Source of the DNA: Vicugna vicugna
Lineage: Eukaryota
NCBI GenBank assembly: GCA_013265495.1
Contig: MU058531.1
Location: forward strand, 2,852,911-2,916,910
Direction of reading: 5' to 3'
Length of the DNA: 64,000 nt
Position 1 is the first letter of the stretch, and every line of letters begins with the position of its first letter. Positions 12,893 through 23,110 of this stretch are shown here, piece after piece. The notes below the pieces were generated by a model. The model was not told where the DNA came from. It made no database searches and saw only the letters and a program-made list of their open reading frames with translations. The translations under genes were made by a program, and so were the position numbers.

Positions 12893-13744
12893 AATTCTGC
12901 CACCATGTATTTATTTATTTAATATTTATTTATAGGAACCTACTATGTGCTGGGTACTATTAGATAAATAAAAAGCAAAACTAAAAGATGACCATGGGTT
13001 TTCTCACCCAGCAAGCAGATCAGAACCACAATTCTGAACCAGTGGTCAGGCTAGTGGTGGGCAGCAGGAGCACATTCACCATCTGGCTAGAATGAAGACA
13101 GTCTTCCCCCCAATTATTTGAGCACAAAGGCCCATCTATAGAAAGATAGAGTTCATCTGAAAATGGTCAGAAGAGAGCCACTGAATACATCTAATAAATT
13201 TACATCAATAAGCACTTCAAGTTAAACACAGAGTATATGGTTAAAAAAAATCAAATGACTTTGCTTTTAGCTGTAAAAGCTTATGAAAATTATTTTCATT
13301 GGTTTAACTTTAATGAAACTTTTAACTATGTGGATTTTTAATTTTAGTGAAGGATTTACAAATTATCTCTCTTATTTCTGAAGTACTCAGGCGGCATTTT
13401 CTTTGCCCTTGGACAAACGCCTCTGAGGCTTCCCCTAACCGAGGAATGAGTCTTCTGTGGTTTAAGACTCCCAACCCCAAGCAGGCTTCTCAAGATCTGC
13501 AACTCTCAAGAGCCTTCACTCCTGGGTTGCTTGTGTGTGAGTCACTCTGCTGTGTCCCAAGGTAGACAGTAAGTCCTCCAATCCATCTTTCCCTCTCGCC
13601 TTAGTTAAGGAACCTTGGATGGGATTTTAGGTAGTGATTATGGCAGTGGTTGGTTTGACATCTGAATGTTTTCCCTTAGAAAATAATTTCCCTTAGAAAA
13701 ATAAAAGTACTCCCCCACAAAGAGGAAAAGACAGTGATGTCATT

Positions 13745-13758
13745 AAACGTACCATCTC
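13745..13758 (+). repeat. L1 target-site duplication, 5' copy (duplicate of exon-25 end plus donor)
   Basis: aaacgtaccatctc vs aaatgtaccatctc at 19968-19981; 13/14 identity. Confidence 0.93.
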
Positions 13759-14200
13759 TTGGCTCGGAGCAGGGAGGAGGCTGCCCCTCGGTCTTCCCCG
13801 AGCCCACCCGCGGAGCGCGACCAGGGCGGAGCGCGCAGCCGCACAGAGCAGCGGAGCTACCGGCGGCGCAGGCAGAGGGAGAGCGGCCCCCCGCCTGTCG
13901 GGCAGGAACACAGCCCCTGACCGAGGGGCTGGGAGGGGGCACGACCCGCCCTCCTGCCTGGCCAGTCTGCAACATCTGACTGCGGCATCCAGAGGGGCAG
14001 TGACCCGCCCGCCCGCCCGCAGCAGAGGAGAGCTGCACCTGACCCCGTGATAGGAGGAGGCGCGATCCGCTTACCGACAGGTGCTGGGAGCAGCACAGAA
14101 GAGGGCGCCAACGGAGGGCCTATGAAAACAAGCTGAGCTTCCAAAACAGGACGAAGACATAAGGACTTAACATTAAAAGCACACAGACTCCAGGAGAACA
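13759..14200 (+). promoter_or_regulatory. CpG-island-like L1 5'UTR internal promoter
   Basis: Dense intact CpGs and GC boxes (gggcgg, ccgcccgcccgccc) at the L1 5' end; L1 5'UTRs are known to hold the internal Pol II promoter. Confidence 0.75.
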
Positions 14201-14644
14201 CCGACAACCCCTTTTTTTTCCTTTTGTTTTTTGTTTTTGTTCTTTTGTTTGTTTTTTTTTAATCTGTTTTTACCTGTTCTATTTTCAATTACTCTCTTAA
14301 TTTTTACTTCTTAATTCATTTCTATTTCTCTTGGGTTTTGATGTCCTGTTATTGATTAGACACAGGATTCAAATACATCTATTCATCTCCCCACCCCTTT
14401 TTTTTTTAAAGGTTTTAAAAGGACATCTCAACCCAATTAATACTCTGCTTCAACTCACTCTTCTATTATTCATTATACACTGTTTTCAAACCCTCTTTCT
14501 CCCTTCTTTTAAAAATCTTTCTCTCTCTCTTATTTTTTTTCTTTTTTTTCCTAAGTTCTATTCCTAAATAGGCATTAGATACATAAAATCCTTAAGATCC
14601 AAAATAGACAACTGATACTCCATAAACCACAGTGCCAGAGAGGT

Positions 14645-15547
14645 ATGAGCAAGATGAAGAAGCAGAGAAACCTTTCCCAATTAAAAGAACAAGAGGAATC
14701 CCCTGAAAGAAAGATCAATGAAATAGACATCGATAGCCTACTAGATCAAGATTTCAAAAAAGGAGTGATCAAATTGCTGAAGGAATTAAAAGAGATAGTG
14801 TTTAGAGATATAAAATATGTCAAAAATGAAATTGAAGCTATAAAGAAGAGCCAAGTAGAATGGGTAAACTCATTGACAGAGATGAGGAATGATCTAATAG
14901 CTGTGCAAAGCCGACTAGTTAATGCAGAGGAACGAATTAGTGATCTAGAAGACAGGGCAATAGAAAGCACCCATTCAGAAGAACTACAAGATAAGCAAAT
15001 AAAAAATAATGATAATAGCATAAGGGACCTATGGGATAATATAAAGCGTCCCAATCTTCGCATAATAGGGGTCCCAGAAGGGGAAGAAGGATCAAAGGGG
15101 ATTGAAAAGGTTTTTGAAGAAATCATGACTGAAAACTTCCCAAACTTAAAGAAGGAATCAGATATCCAAGTACAGGAAGCTCAGAGGGTCCCAAACAGGA
15201 AGAACCCAAATAGACCCACACCAAGACATATCATAATCAAGATGGCCAGAGTCAAGGATAAAGAAATGATTCTAAAGGCAGCAAGAGAAAAGCAAAGAGT
15301 GAATTACAAGGGAACCCCCATAAGGCTCTCAGCTGATTTCTCTACACAAACACTACAGGCCAGAAGGGAGTGGCAAGATATATTCAAAGCCCTGAATGAA
15401 AAAAAGATGCAGCCTAGGATACTTTATCCAGCAAGGCTATCCTTTAGGATAGAAGGAGAAATAAAGAGTTTCACAGACAAAAAAAAGCTGCAGGAGTTTA
15501 GCAACACTAAACCCATGCTAAAAGAAATATTGAAAGGGCTATTCTAA
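14645..15547 (+). CDS. LINE-1 ORF1p (300 aa RNA-binding chaperone)
   Basis: Coiled-coil heptads then conserved KRPNLRIIGVPEGEE, ARREW and YPARLS motifs; no stops. Confidence 0.96.
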   Translation: MSKMKKQRNLSQLKEQEESPERKINEIDIDSLLDQDFKKGVIKLLKELKEIVFRDIKYVKNEIEAIKKSQVEWVNSLTEMRNDLIAVQSRLVNAEERISDLEDRAIESTHSEELQDKQIKNNDNSIRDLWDNIKRPNLRIIGVPEGEEGSKGIEKVFEEIMTENFPNLKKESDIQVQEAQRVPNRKNPNRPTPRHIIIKMARVKDKEMILKAAREKQRVNYKGTPIRLSADFSTQTLQARREWQDIFKALNEKKMQPRILYPARLSFRIEGEIKSFTDKKKLQEFSNTKPMLKEILKGLF

Positions 15548-15944
15548 ATAGAAAAGCAGCAGGATGCTACAGAAATGAGAAACGTACAACTGGAAAGGTG
15601 ATAACTCATGAATTACAAATAAAGAAAACACGAAATTATAAAAGAAGACATACAAATCACTGAGAGTGGGAGAGGGAGGCAGGGAAATATAGAATTTTTT
15701 TTCTTTCTTTTTTAAATTTTTTTAACAGTAGGATGGGTTTGAGATCATGTTATTATCAGTTTATTAAAAACGGGTATAGGTTAATAGATTTACAAAAAAG
15801 GGTAACCACAAGTCAAAAATTTACAAGGGAGTCACAAAAATTAAATAAAATCCATGATAATACAAAGGAAAATTACCAAACCACAAAAGGAAGAAGAAAG
15901 GAACAAAGAGGATATACCAATTCAACTGCAAAGATAAGTTCAAA

Positions 15945-18900
15945 ATGGCAATAAACACACATCTATCATTAATTACTGTAAATGTTAATGGACTAAATGC
16001 TCCAGTCAAAAGACATAGAGTGGCAGACTGGATAATAAAGCAAGAACCTTCAATATGCTGCATACAAGAGACCCACTTTAGGGAGAAGGACACATATAGA
16101 TTGAGAGTGAAAGGATGGAAAAGGATATTCCATGCAAATGGAAAAGCCAAAAAAGCAGGTGTTGCAGTACTGATTTCAGACAAAATAGACTTTAAAACAA
16201 AGGCCATAAAGAAAGATAAAGAAGGACATTTTATAATGATTAAAGGAGTGATACAAGATGAAGATATTACACTCGTTAATATATATGCACCCAATATAGG
16301 AGCACCTAAGTACATACAAGAATTACTAACAGAGATAAAGGGGGATATTGATGGGAATACAATCATAGTTGGAGATTTTAACACTGCATTAACATCACTA
16401 GACAGATCTTCCAGACAGAAAATAAACAAGGCAACAGAGAAATTAAATACTACAATAGAAAAACTAGATTTGGTGGATATTTTCAGAGCTTTACACCCCC
16501 AAAAAATAGAATATACATTCTTTTCAAGTGCACATGGAACATTTTCCAGGATCGATCATGTACTTGGACACAAAAGAAACCTCAACAAATTTAAGAAGAT
16601 AGAAATTATCTCAAGCATCTTTACTGACCACAATGCCATGAAACTGGAAATCAACAACAGAGAAACAAAGGAGAAAAAAAGAAAAGCATGGAGATTAAAC
16701 AATATGTTATTGAAAAAACAATGGATCAATGAGGAAATCAAAGCTGAAATTAAAAAATACCTTGAGACAAATGATAATGAAAGCACAACCACTCAAAACC
16801 TATGGGACACAGCAAAGGCAGTGCTAAGAGGGAAGTTTATAGCGATACAGGCCTTCCTCAAAAAAGAAGAACAATCTCAAATAAACAAGTTAACCCACCA
16901 CCTGAATCAATTAGAAAAAGAAGAACAAAAAGCCCCAAAAAGCAGCAGAAGGAAGGAAATAATAAAGATCAGAGAGGAATTAAATACAATAGAGATTAAC
17001 AAGACCATAGAAAAAATCAACCAAACCAAAAGCTGGTTTTTTGAAAAAGTAAATAAAATCGACAAACCTCTGGCCAAACTCACAAAGAAGAAAAAAGAGA
17101 GAGCACAAATTAGCAAAATAAGAAAGGAAAATGGAGAAATTACAACAAACAAAATAGAAATACAGAATATCATACGAGAATATTATGAAAAACTATATGG
17201 AACCAAACTGGATAACCTAGAGGAGATGGACAAGTTTCTGGAAACATACTGTCCACCAAAACTGAATCAAGAAGAAACTGAACACTTGAACAATCCGATC
17301 ACTAGAAAGGAAATAGAAATAGCAATTAAAAACCTCCCTACAAATAAAAGTCCAGGACCGGATGGCTTCACCGGGGAATTCTACCAAACATACAAAGAAG
17401 AACTCATACCAGTCCTTCTCAAACTCTTCCAGACGATTGAAAAGGAGGGAATACTCCCAAACTCATTCTATGAAGCCACCATCACCCTGATACCAAAACC
17501 AGGCAAAGACACTACAAAAAAAGAGAATTATAGGCCAATATCACTGATGAACATAGACGCCAAAATCCTCACCAAAATTTTAGCAAATAGAATCCAACAA
17601 CACATAAAAAAGATTATACATCATGACCAAGTGGGGTTCATCCCAGGGACACAAGGCTGGTTCAACATACGCAAATCAATCAATGTAATACATCACATCA
17701 ACAAGAGAAAGGACAAAAACCACATGATCATCTCAATCGATGCAGAAAAAGCATTTGATAAAATTCAACACCCATTTATGATAAAAACTCTCGCCAAAGT
17801 GGGTATAGAGGGAACATATCTCAACATAATAAAAGCTATATATGACAAACCTACAGCCAGCATAGTTCTCAACGGTGAAAAACTCAAAAGCTTCCCACTA
17901 AAATCTGGGACAAGACAAGGATGCCCACTATCACCACTCCTATTCAACATAGTCCTGGAAGTCCTAGCCACAGCAATCAGGCAAGAGAAAGAAATAAAAG
18001 GGATCCAAATTGGAAAAGAAGAGGTAAAAGTGTCATTATATGCTGACGACATGTTACTATATATAGAAAACCCTAAAAGGTCCACAAAAAAGCTACTAGA
18101 GCTGATCGAAGAATTCAGCAAGGTAGCAGGTTACAAAATTAATGTTCAAAAATCAGTTGCCTTTCTTTACACTAACGATAAATCAACAGAAAAAGAAAGT
18201 AAAGAAACAATCCCCTTTAAAATAGCACCCAAAGTAATAAAATATCTGGGAATAAATCTAACCAAGGAGGTGAAAGAATTATACACAGAAAACTATAAAC
18301 CATTGATGAAGGAAATTAAAGAAGACTTTAAAAAATGGAAAGATATTCCATGCTCTTGGATTGGAAGAATCAATATTGTTAAAATGGTCACACTGCCCAA
18401 GGCAATCTACAGATTTAATGCAATCCCTATCCAATTACCCAGGACATATTTCACAGAACTAGAACAAATCATAATAAAATTTATATGGAACCATCAAAGA
18501 CCTAGAATTGCTAAAGCATTACTGAAGAGAAAGAAAGAGGCTGGAGGAATAACTCTCCCAGACTTCAGACAATACTATAGAGCTACAGTCATCAAGACAG
18601 CATGGTATTGGTACCAAAACAGACATATAGACCAATGGAACAGAATAGAGAGCCCAGAAATGAACCCACAAACTTTTGGTCAACTCATCTTCGACAAAGG
18701 AGGCAAGAATATACAATGGAATAAAGACAGTCTCTTCAGCAAATGGTGTTGGGAAAACTGGACAGCAGCATGTAAAACAATGAAGCTAGAACACACCCTT
18801 ACACCATATACAAAAATCAACTCAAAATGGATTAAAGACTTAAACATAAGACAAGATACAATAAACCTCCTAGAGGAAAACATAGGCAAAACATTATCTG

Positions 18901-19742
18901 ACATACATTTCAAAAATTTTCTCCTAGAAGAAATAAAAGCAAGAATAAACAAATGGGACCTAATGAAACTTACAAGCTTCTGCAGAGCAAAGGAAACCAG
19001 AAATAAAACAAGAAGAAAACCTACGGAATGGGAGAAAATTTTTGCAAGTGAAACCGACAAAGGCTTGATCTCCAAAATATATAAGCAGCTCATACGACTC
19101 AATAAGAAAAAAATAAACAACCCAATCCAAAAATGGGCAGAAGACCTAAACAAGCAATTCTCCAAGGAAGACATACAAATGATCAAAAAGCACATGAAAA
19201 AATGTTCAATATCACTAATTATCAGAGAAATGCAAATCAAAACTACAATGAGGTATCACCTCACACCAGTCAGAATGGCCGTCATTCAAAAATCCAAAAA
19301 TGACAAATGCTGGAGAGGCTGTGGAGAAAGGGGAACCCTCCTACACTGCTGGTGGGAATGCAGTTTGGTGCAGCCACTATGGAAAACAGTGTGGAGATTC
19401 CTCAAAAGACTAGGAATAGACTTACCATATGACCCAGGAATCCCACTCCTGGGCTTGTACCCAGAAGGAAATCTACTTCAGGATGACACCTGCACCCCAA
19501 TGTTCATAGCAGCACTATTTACAATAGCCAAAACATGGAAACAGCCTAAATGTCCATCAACAGGTGACTGGATAAAGAAGATGTGGTATATTTATACAAT
19601 GGAATACTACTCAGCCATAAAAACCGACAACATAATGCCATTTGCAGCAACATGGATGCTCCTAGAGAATGTCATTCTAAGTGAAGTAAGCCAGAAAGAG
19701 AAAGAAAAATACCATATGAGATCGCTCATATGTGGAATCTAA
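15945..19742 (+). CDS. LINE-1 ORF2p (1265 aa endonuclease/reverse transcriptase)
   Basis: APE-like endonuclease motifs (NVNGLN, QETH, GDFN, RIDH, TDHN), RT motifs QGCPLSP and YADD, C-terminal [18 protein letters not shown]; uninterrupted. Confidence 0.98.
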   Translation: MAINTHLSLITVNVNGLNAPVKRHRVADWIIKQEPSICCIQETHFREKDTYRLRVKGWKRIFHANGKAKKAGVAVLISDKIDFKTKAIKKDKEGHFIMIKGVIQDEDITLVNIYAPNIGAPKYIQELLTEIKGDIDGNTIIVGDFNTALTSLDRSSRQKINKATEKLNTTIEKLDLVDIFRALHPQKIEYTFFSSAHGTFSRIDHVLGHKRNLNKFKKIEIISSIFTDHNAMKLEINNRETKEKKRKAWRLNNMLLKKQWINEEIKAEIKKYLETNDNESTTTQNLWDTAKAVLRGKFIAIQAFLKKEEQSQINKLTHHLNQLEKEEQKAPKSSRRKEIIKIREELNTIEINKTIEKINQTKSWFFEKVNKIDKPLAKLTKKKKERAQISKIRKENGEITTNKIEIQNIIREYYEKLYGTKLDNLEEMDKFLETYCPPKLNQEETEHLNNPITRKEIEIAIKNLPTNKSPGPDGFTGEFYQTYKEELIPVLLKLFQTIEKEGILPNSFYEATITLIPKPGKDTTKKENYRPISLMNIDAKILTKILANRIQQHIKKIIHHDQVGFIPGTQGWFNIRKSINVIHHINKRKDKNHMIISIDAEKAFDKIQHPFMIKTLAKVGIEGTYLNIIKAIYDKPTASIVLNGEKLKSFPLKSGTRQGCPLSPLLFNIVLEVLATAIRQEKEIKGIQIGKEEVKVSLYADDMLLYIENPKRSTKKLLELIEEFSKVAGYKINVQKSVAFLYTNDKSTEKESKETIPFKIAPKVIKYLGINLTKEVKELYTENYKPLMKEIKEDFKKWKDIPCSWIGRINIVKMVTLPKAIYRFNAIPIQLPRTYFTELEQIIIKFIWNHQRPRIAKALLKRKKEAGGITLPDFRQYYRATVIKTAWYWYQNRHIDQWNRIESPEMNPQTFGQLIFDKGGKNIQWNKDSLFSKWCWENWTAACKTMKLEHTLTPYTKINSKWIKDLNIRQDTINLLEENIGKTLSDIHFKNFLLEEIKARINKWDLMKLTSFCRAKETRNKTRRKPTEWEKIFASETDKGLISKIYKQLIRLNKKKINNPIQKWAEDLNKQFSKEDIQMIKKHMKKCSISLIIREMQIKTTMRYHLTPVRMAVIQKSKNDKCWRGCGERGTLLHCWWECSLVQPLWKTVWRFLKRLGIDLPYDPGIPLLGLYPEGNLLQDDTCTPMFIAALFTIAKTWKQPKCPSTGDWIKKMWYIYTMEYYSAIKTDNIMPFAATWMLLENVILSEVSQKEKEKYHMRSLICGI

Positions 19743-19975
19743 AAAACAAAAACAAACAAACAAACAAAAACAAAGCATAAATACAGGACAGAAATAGACT
19801 CATGGACAGAGAATACAGACTTGTGGTTACCAGGGGGGTAGAGGGTGGGAAGGGATAGACTGGGATTTCAAAATTGTAGAATAGATAAACAAGATTACAC
19901 TGTATAGCAGAGGGAAATATACACAAAATGTTATGATAAATCACAGAGAAAAAATAAATAAATAAATAAATGTAC

Positions 19976-20107
19976 CATCTCAGCAAAGACGGTGAATGTT
20001 CCTTCTGCGAAGCTATTGAACTTCTTCTCAACAGCGCTCAAGCCCAGCCAGATGTTCACACGCAGCTCCACAGGCACCTTCGGGCCATTGCTTTTTTCCT
20101 GCGGATA
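19976..20107 (-). CDS. MYOF: MYOF exon ~25 (132 nt); donor abuts the L1 tail
   Basis: YPQEKSNGPKVPVELRVNIWLGLSAVEKKFNSFAEGTFTVFAEM; cacag acceptor, gtacat donor. Confidence 0.96.
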
Positions 20108-20284
20108 CTGTGAGATACACAACAACATGACACGTTATGCTGGGCACAGCACAGCTGTGCCTTTAAGCTCAAGCCAAAAGCAGACTGAACATCTAATCAT
20201 TGCTTTCAGCAGTCAAATTTTGCTCACATAGTTAAAAATATTTCCAAATGCCCCTTCCGCAAAGTTTAAAATAACAACTAAATC

Positions 20285-21906
20285 AGGAACCCCTGGGTGT
20301 CCCTGAGACCTTTTCATGAGTCAAAACTATTTTCCTAATAATACTAAGGTGTTACTTGCCTTTTCCACCGTACTGACATTTGCACTGATGGTGCAAAAGC
20401 AACAGTGGATAAAACGCCAAGCACTGCAGCGGGAATCAAGGCAGTCGCCAAACTGCACGGGTGCTAACAGTTTTCTTCATCGCTCTCAGTGAAGAAAACA
20501 CAATGCCAGTTTTTACTTATGAATTCCCTTGACAAAGCAGTAAAAATGACTAATCCAATTCAATCATGACCCTTGAGTACATATCTTTTTAATTTTGTGT
20601 GATGAAATCCTGCTGCATATTATTGTATGTCTCGAGAAAAAACTCTTATGCAATTGAGCTGTGGACTGATCCAGCCTTTTTTTTTAAAATCAAATATCTT
20701 TTCTACCTGAATCAGCAATTTGCTGACAAATATGGTTATTCATACTGGGATATGGGGCAGACATTTTCTTGAACATAAAAATACAGCGAGCTTATCATTT
20801 CAAGGACAAGAACTGACTGTATTTTATTGCCAATGATAAACTTCAAGGTTTCAAGTTAAAATGAGAATTTTGGAAAATTTGTTTTTCTTGGTGGGTAAGC
20901 TTGAGAGCTTCCCAGTCCATAAAGACTTTTCTTACAAGTGATATAAATGAATGTGATTTTTTTCTATTGTATGATGAAATGTGTCAACATTAGGAAGATT
21001 TACATAACTCAGCAAACGAGTATTTTCCAAATGATGAGTGCTTAATGGTACAAAAATCATGCCTGGATAAAAGAGGCATTCAAAATACAAGACAAACTAA
21101 TGGATTTTGATGTAGCACAGAATGAAAAGTTCGCTGACATGGTTTCAGATTCCACGTTGCAATTAACCTTTTAAAAGCTACCACTTGAGTTTGGTGTTGT
21201 ATCAAAGATAAATATCTACAATTATCTGAAAATGTTATTAAAATACTCCCTTATCCAAACACGTGTCTATGTGAGGACAGATTCTCTTCATATACTTCAC
21301 CCAAGCAACTTACTCCATCAGACTAAATGCAGAAACAGTTATGAGAATCTGATTATATTTCTGTGAAGCCAGGTTTCCAAAAATATAAAACAGTATCATT
21401 TTGGCGGGGGGTGGGGAGGGTATAGCTCAAGTGGTAGAGCTCATGCTTAGCATGCATGAGGTCCTGGGTTCAATCCCCATTACCTCCTCTAAGAATAAAT
21501 AAATACTAAATAAACCCAATTACCTCCCCTCACCAAAAAATAAATGAATAAACTATTAAAAAAAAAAGTTCCAAAATGAGCCAGGCTCCCTCCTCCTTTC
21601 TTCCAAATGAAATTGAAAGAACAGAGAAAAAACAAAATAAAAAAAAAAAAGTATCATTCTCCTCTCTGATTTTTAAAAGAAAATACAGTTATATTTTATT
21701 AAATTATATAATTTATGGTCATCTATAATGGGTTTATTATTGTCATTTTAAAGTAAATTAACGAATATATTTTCATGTTTCAGTTATAATTTCTATTACA
21801 GTAAATATTGATAGATGTAACCCATGTACACAAACGCTCTCTGAGGTCTTCAATGATTTTTTTGAGAGTGTAAAGGGGTCCCAAGACCAATAAAAAAAAC
21901 CCACTG
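20285..21906. mobile_element. Charlie1-like hAT DNA transposon relic, interrupted by a SINE
   Basis: Recognisable Charlie1-type segments (gacatttgcactgatggtgcaaaagcaa; gagtgtaaaggggtcccaagacc); decayed, no ORF. Confidence 0.75.
21401..21649 (+). mobile_element. tRNA-derived SINE (Vic-1-like) with an extra 3' segment
   Basis: ggggagggtatagctcaagtggtagag...ggttcaatcccc A/B boxes; two A tails; TSD agtatcatt (21392-21400, 21650-21658). Confidence 0.88.
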
Positions 21907-22954
21907 AACTAAATAACTTCCTAAACTGGATAATGAGGATTAACAAACAGTCAATATATACAACATTCTCTTAAAAGCATTTTGCTGTTTATCCACTGAT
22001 TTTTACAAACCTAACACAGAGAATACCACTTTGCCTCCTCTCCCACCCCCTGTGAAGTTTTATTTATTACTCAGTTTGCTTCCACACGTTGCTGAGGTCA
22101 ATTATAATTGTGGTTCTATCTTAAGTAAAATTTATTCCACCAAGAGACACTTGAAAGAAGATAATCACTCTGGTTCTATTTTCACCCTCTTAACTAAAGA
22201 GCAACGAGTGCATTTATTAAAAGTTAGCAGATAGCTCCTTGTTTTAAGAGGACACTCTCCCCTGACGGCTTTTTTTTGTCTTGATTTTTATTCCTCTCCC
22301 TGAAATTCCAAGGAACTCAGTTGGAGTCTGCCAGGGACAGGGTTGTCAAACTTGCCTCTGGCAACGGTTCAGATCTGTTTCCATCCCCAGGCCCTTCTCT
22401 GGTTCTCCTTAATCACCCAAGAGAAGTTCTTAATCCAGGGTCCTGCGAAGGATTTATGAGATGTGCATTCTTTTGGAAGAGAGGGCCAGGAGATTTCACC
22501 AGGCCCTTAAAGGAGTCCGTGACTCTAAAAATGTTTAGAACCCCTCCCCTAAAGTAGTAATTCTCAAAATTTTGCAATTTGAGGACCCACTTGGTTAGGG
22601 CATAGATTCCATGGACTATGTATATTACCTTCTCTTTTTCTCTATTTCCCAAATGCTCACTAGAAGGAAAGGGAGGAGAGGCATTGCTTGGCAAGAGACA
22701 AGTAGGTGGAAAATTCATGCCAGAAAGCAAAGCATTCACAATGCCGTATTAATAGTAGTGTCACAGAGACCTCTATGAAGTGTCCTGATGGAATGCCAGC
22801 AGACCTCAGACCACGCTGGGAATTACCACCCTAGAGGAAGGGCCACAATGGGCTGAAATAGATCACGACTGCCCTGACTGTTCAATGACCAGTAAATTGT
22901 AAAGCAGCCCTTCTTGGGAAATGGGTTTTGCATTATGCTTTGATGAAGCCATAC

Positions 22955-23110
22955 CTTCAAAAAGATGGTCTGGGTTTTCCCACAGTATTTCCCAGATGCA
23001 TTCTCGCCACTGGTAGAGTATAAAACCTGATGGGCAGGAATGCGTGCGTAGGCCAGTCTTTTCTCTCCCCGGATCATCCAGATGATGATGTCAGGCATGC
23101 TGTTCTGAGG
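22955..23110 (-). CDS. MYOF: MYOF exon ~24 (156 nt), FerB
   Basis: [52 protein letters not shown]; gtatgg donor. Confidence 0.96.

Larger units (their letters stand above)
13759..19967 (+). mobile_element. Near full-length young LINE-1 with both ORFs intact, antisense in MYOF intron 25
   Basis: GC/CpG-rich 5'UTR, ORF1, ~400-bp spacer, ORF2, 3'UTR and A/(TAAA)n tail; flanked by 14-bp TSD aaaYgtaccatctc (13745-13758, 19968-19981) after a TT/AAAC endonuclease-type site. Confidence 0.97.

Noticed and set aside
11584..12906. Cluster of overlapping 60-130 aa ORFs on both strands in intron 25
   Set aside because: No protein similarity I can recognise and no consistent splice structure; expected by chance in moderately GC-rich DNA.
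14746..19240. Several 100-200 aa minus-strand ORFs within the L1
   Set aside because: Antisense shadows of the A-rich ORF1/ORF2 coding strand, with F/L/S/I-biased composition and no recognisable domains.
21413..21490. tRNA-like sequences here and at ~29625, 30456, 35338, 46952 and 9040
   Set aside because: They have A/B boxes but also A-rich tails, TSDs and copy-to-copy decay, so they are tRNA-derived SINEs, not tRNA genes.
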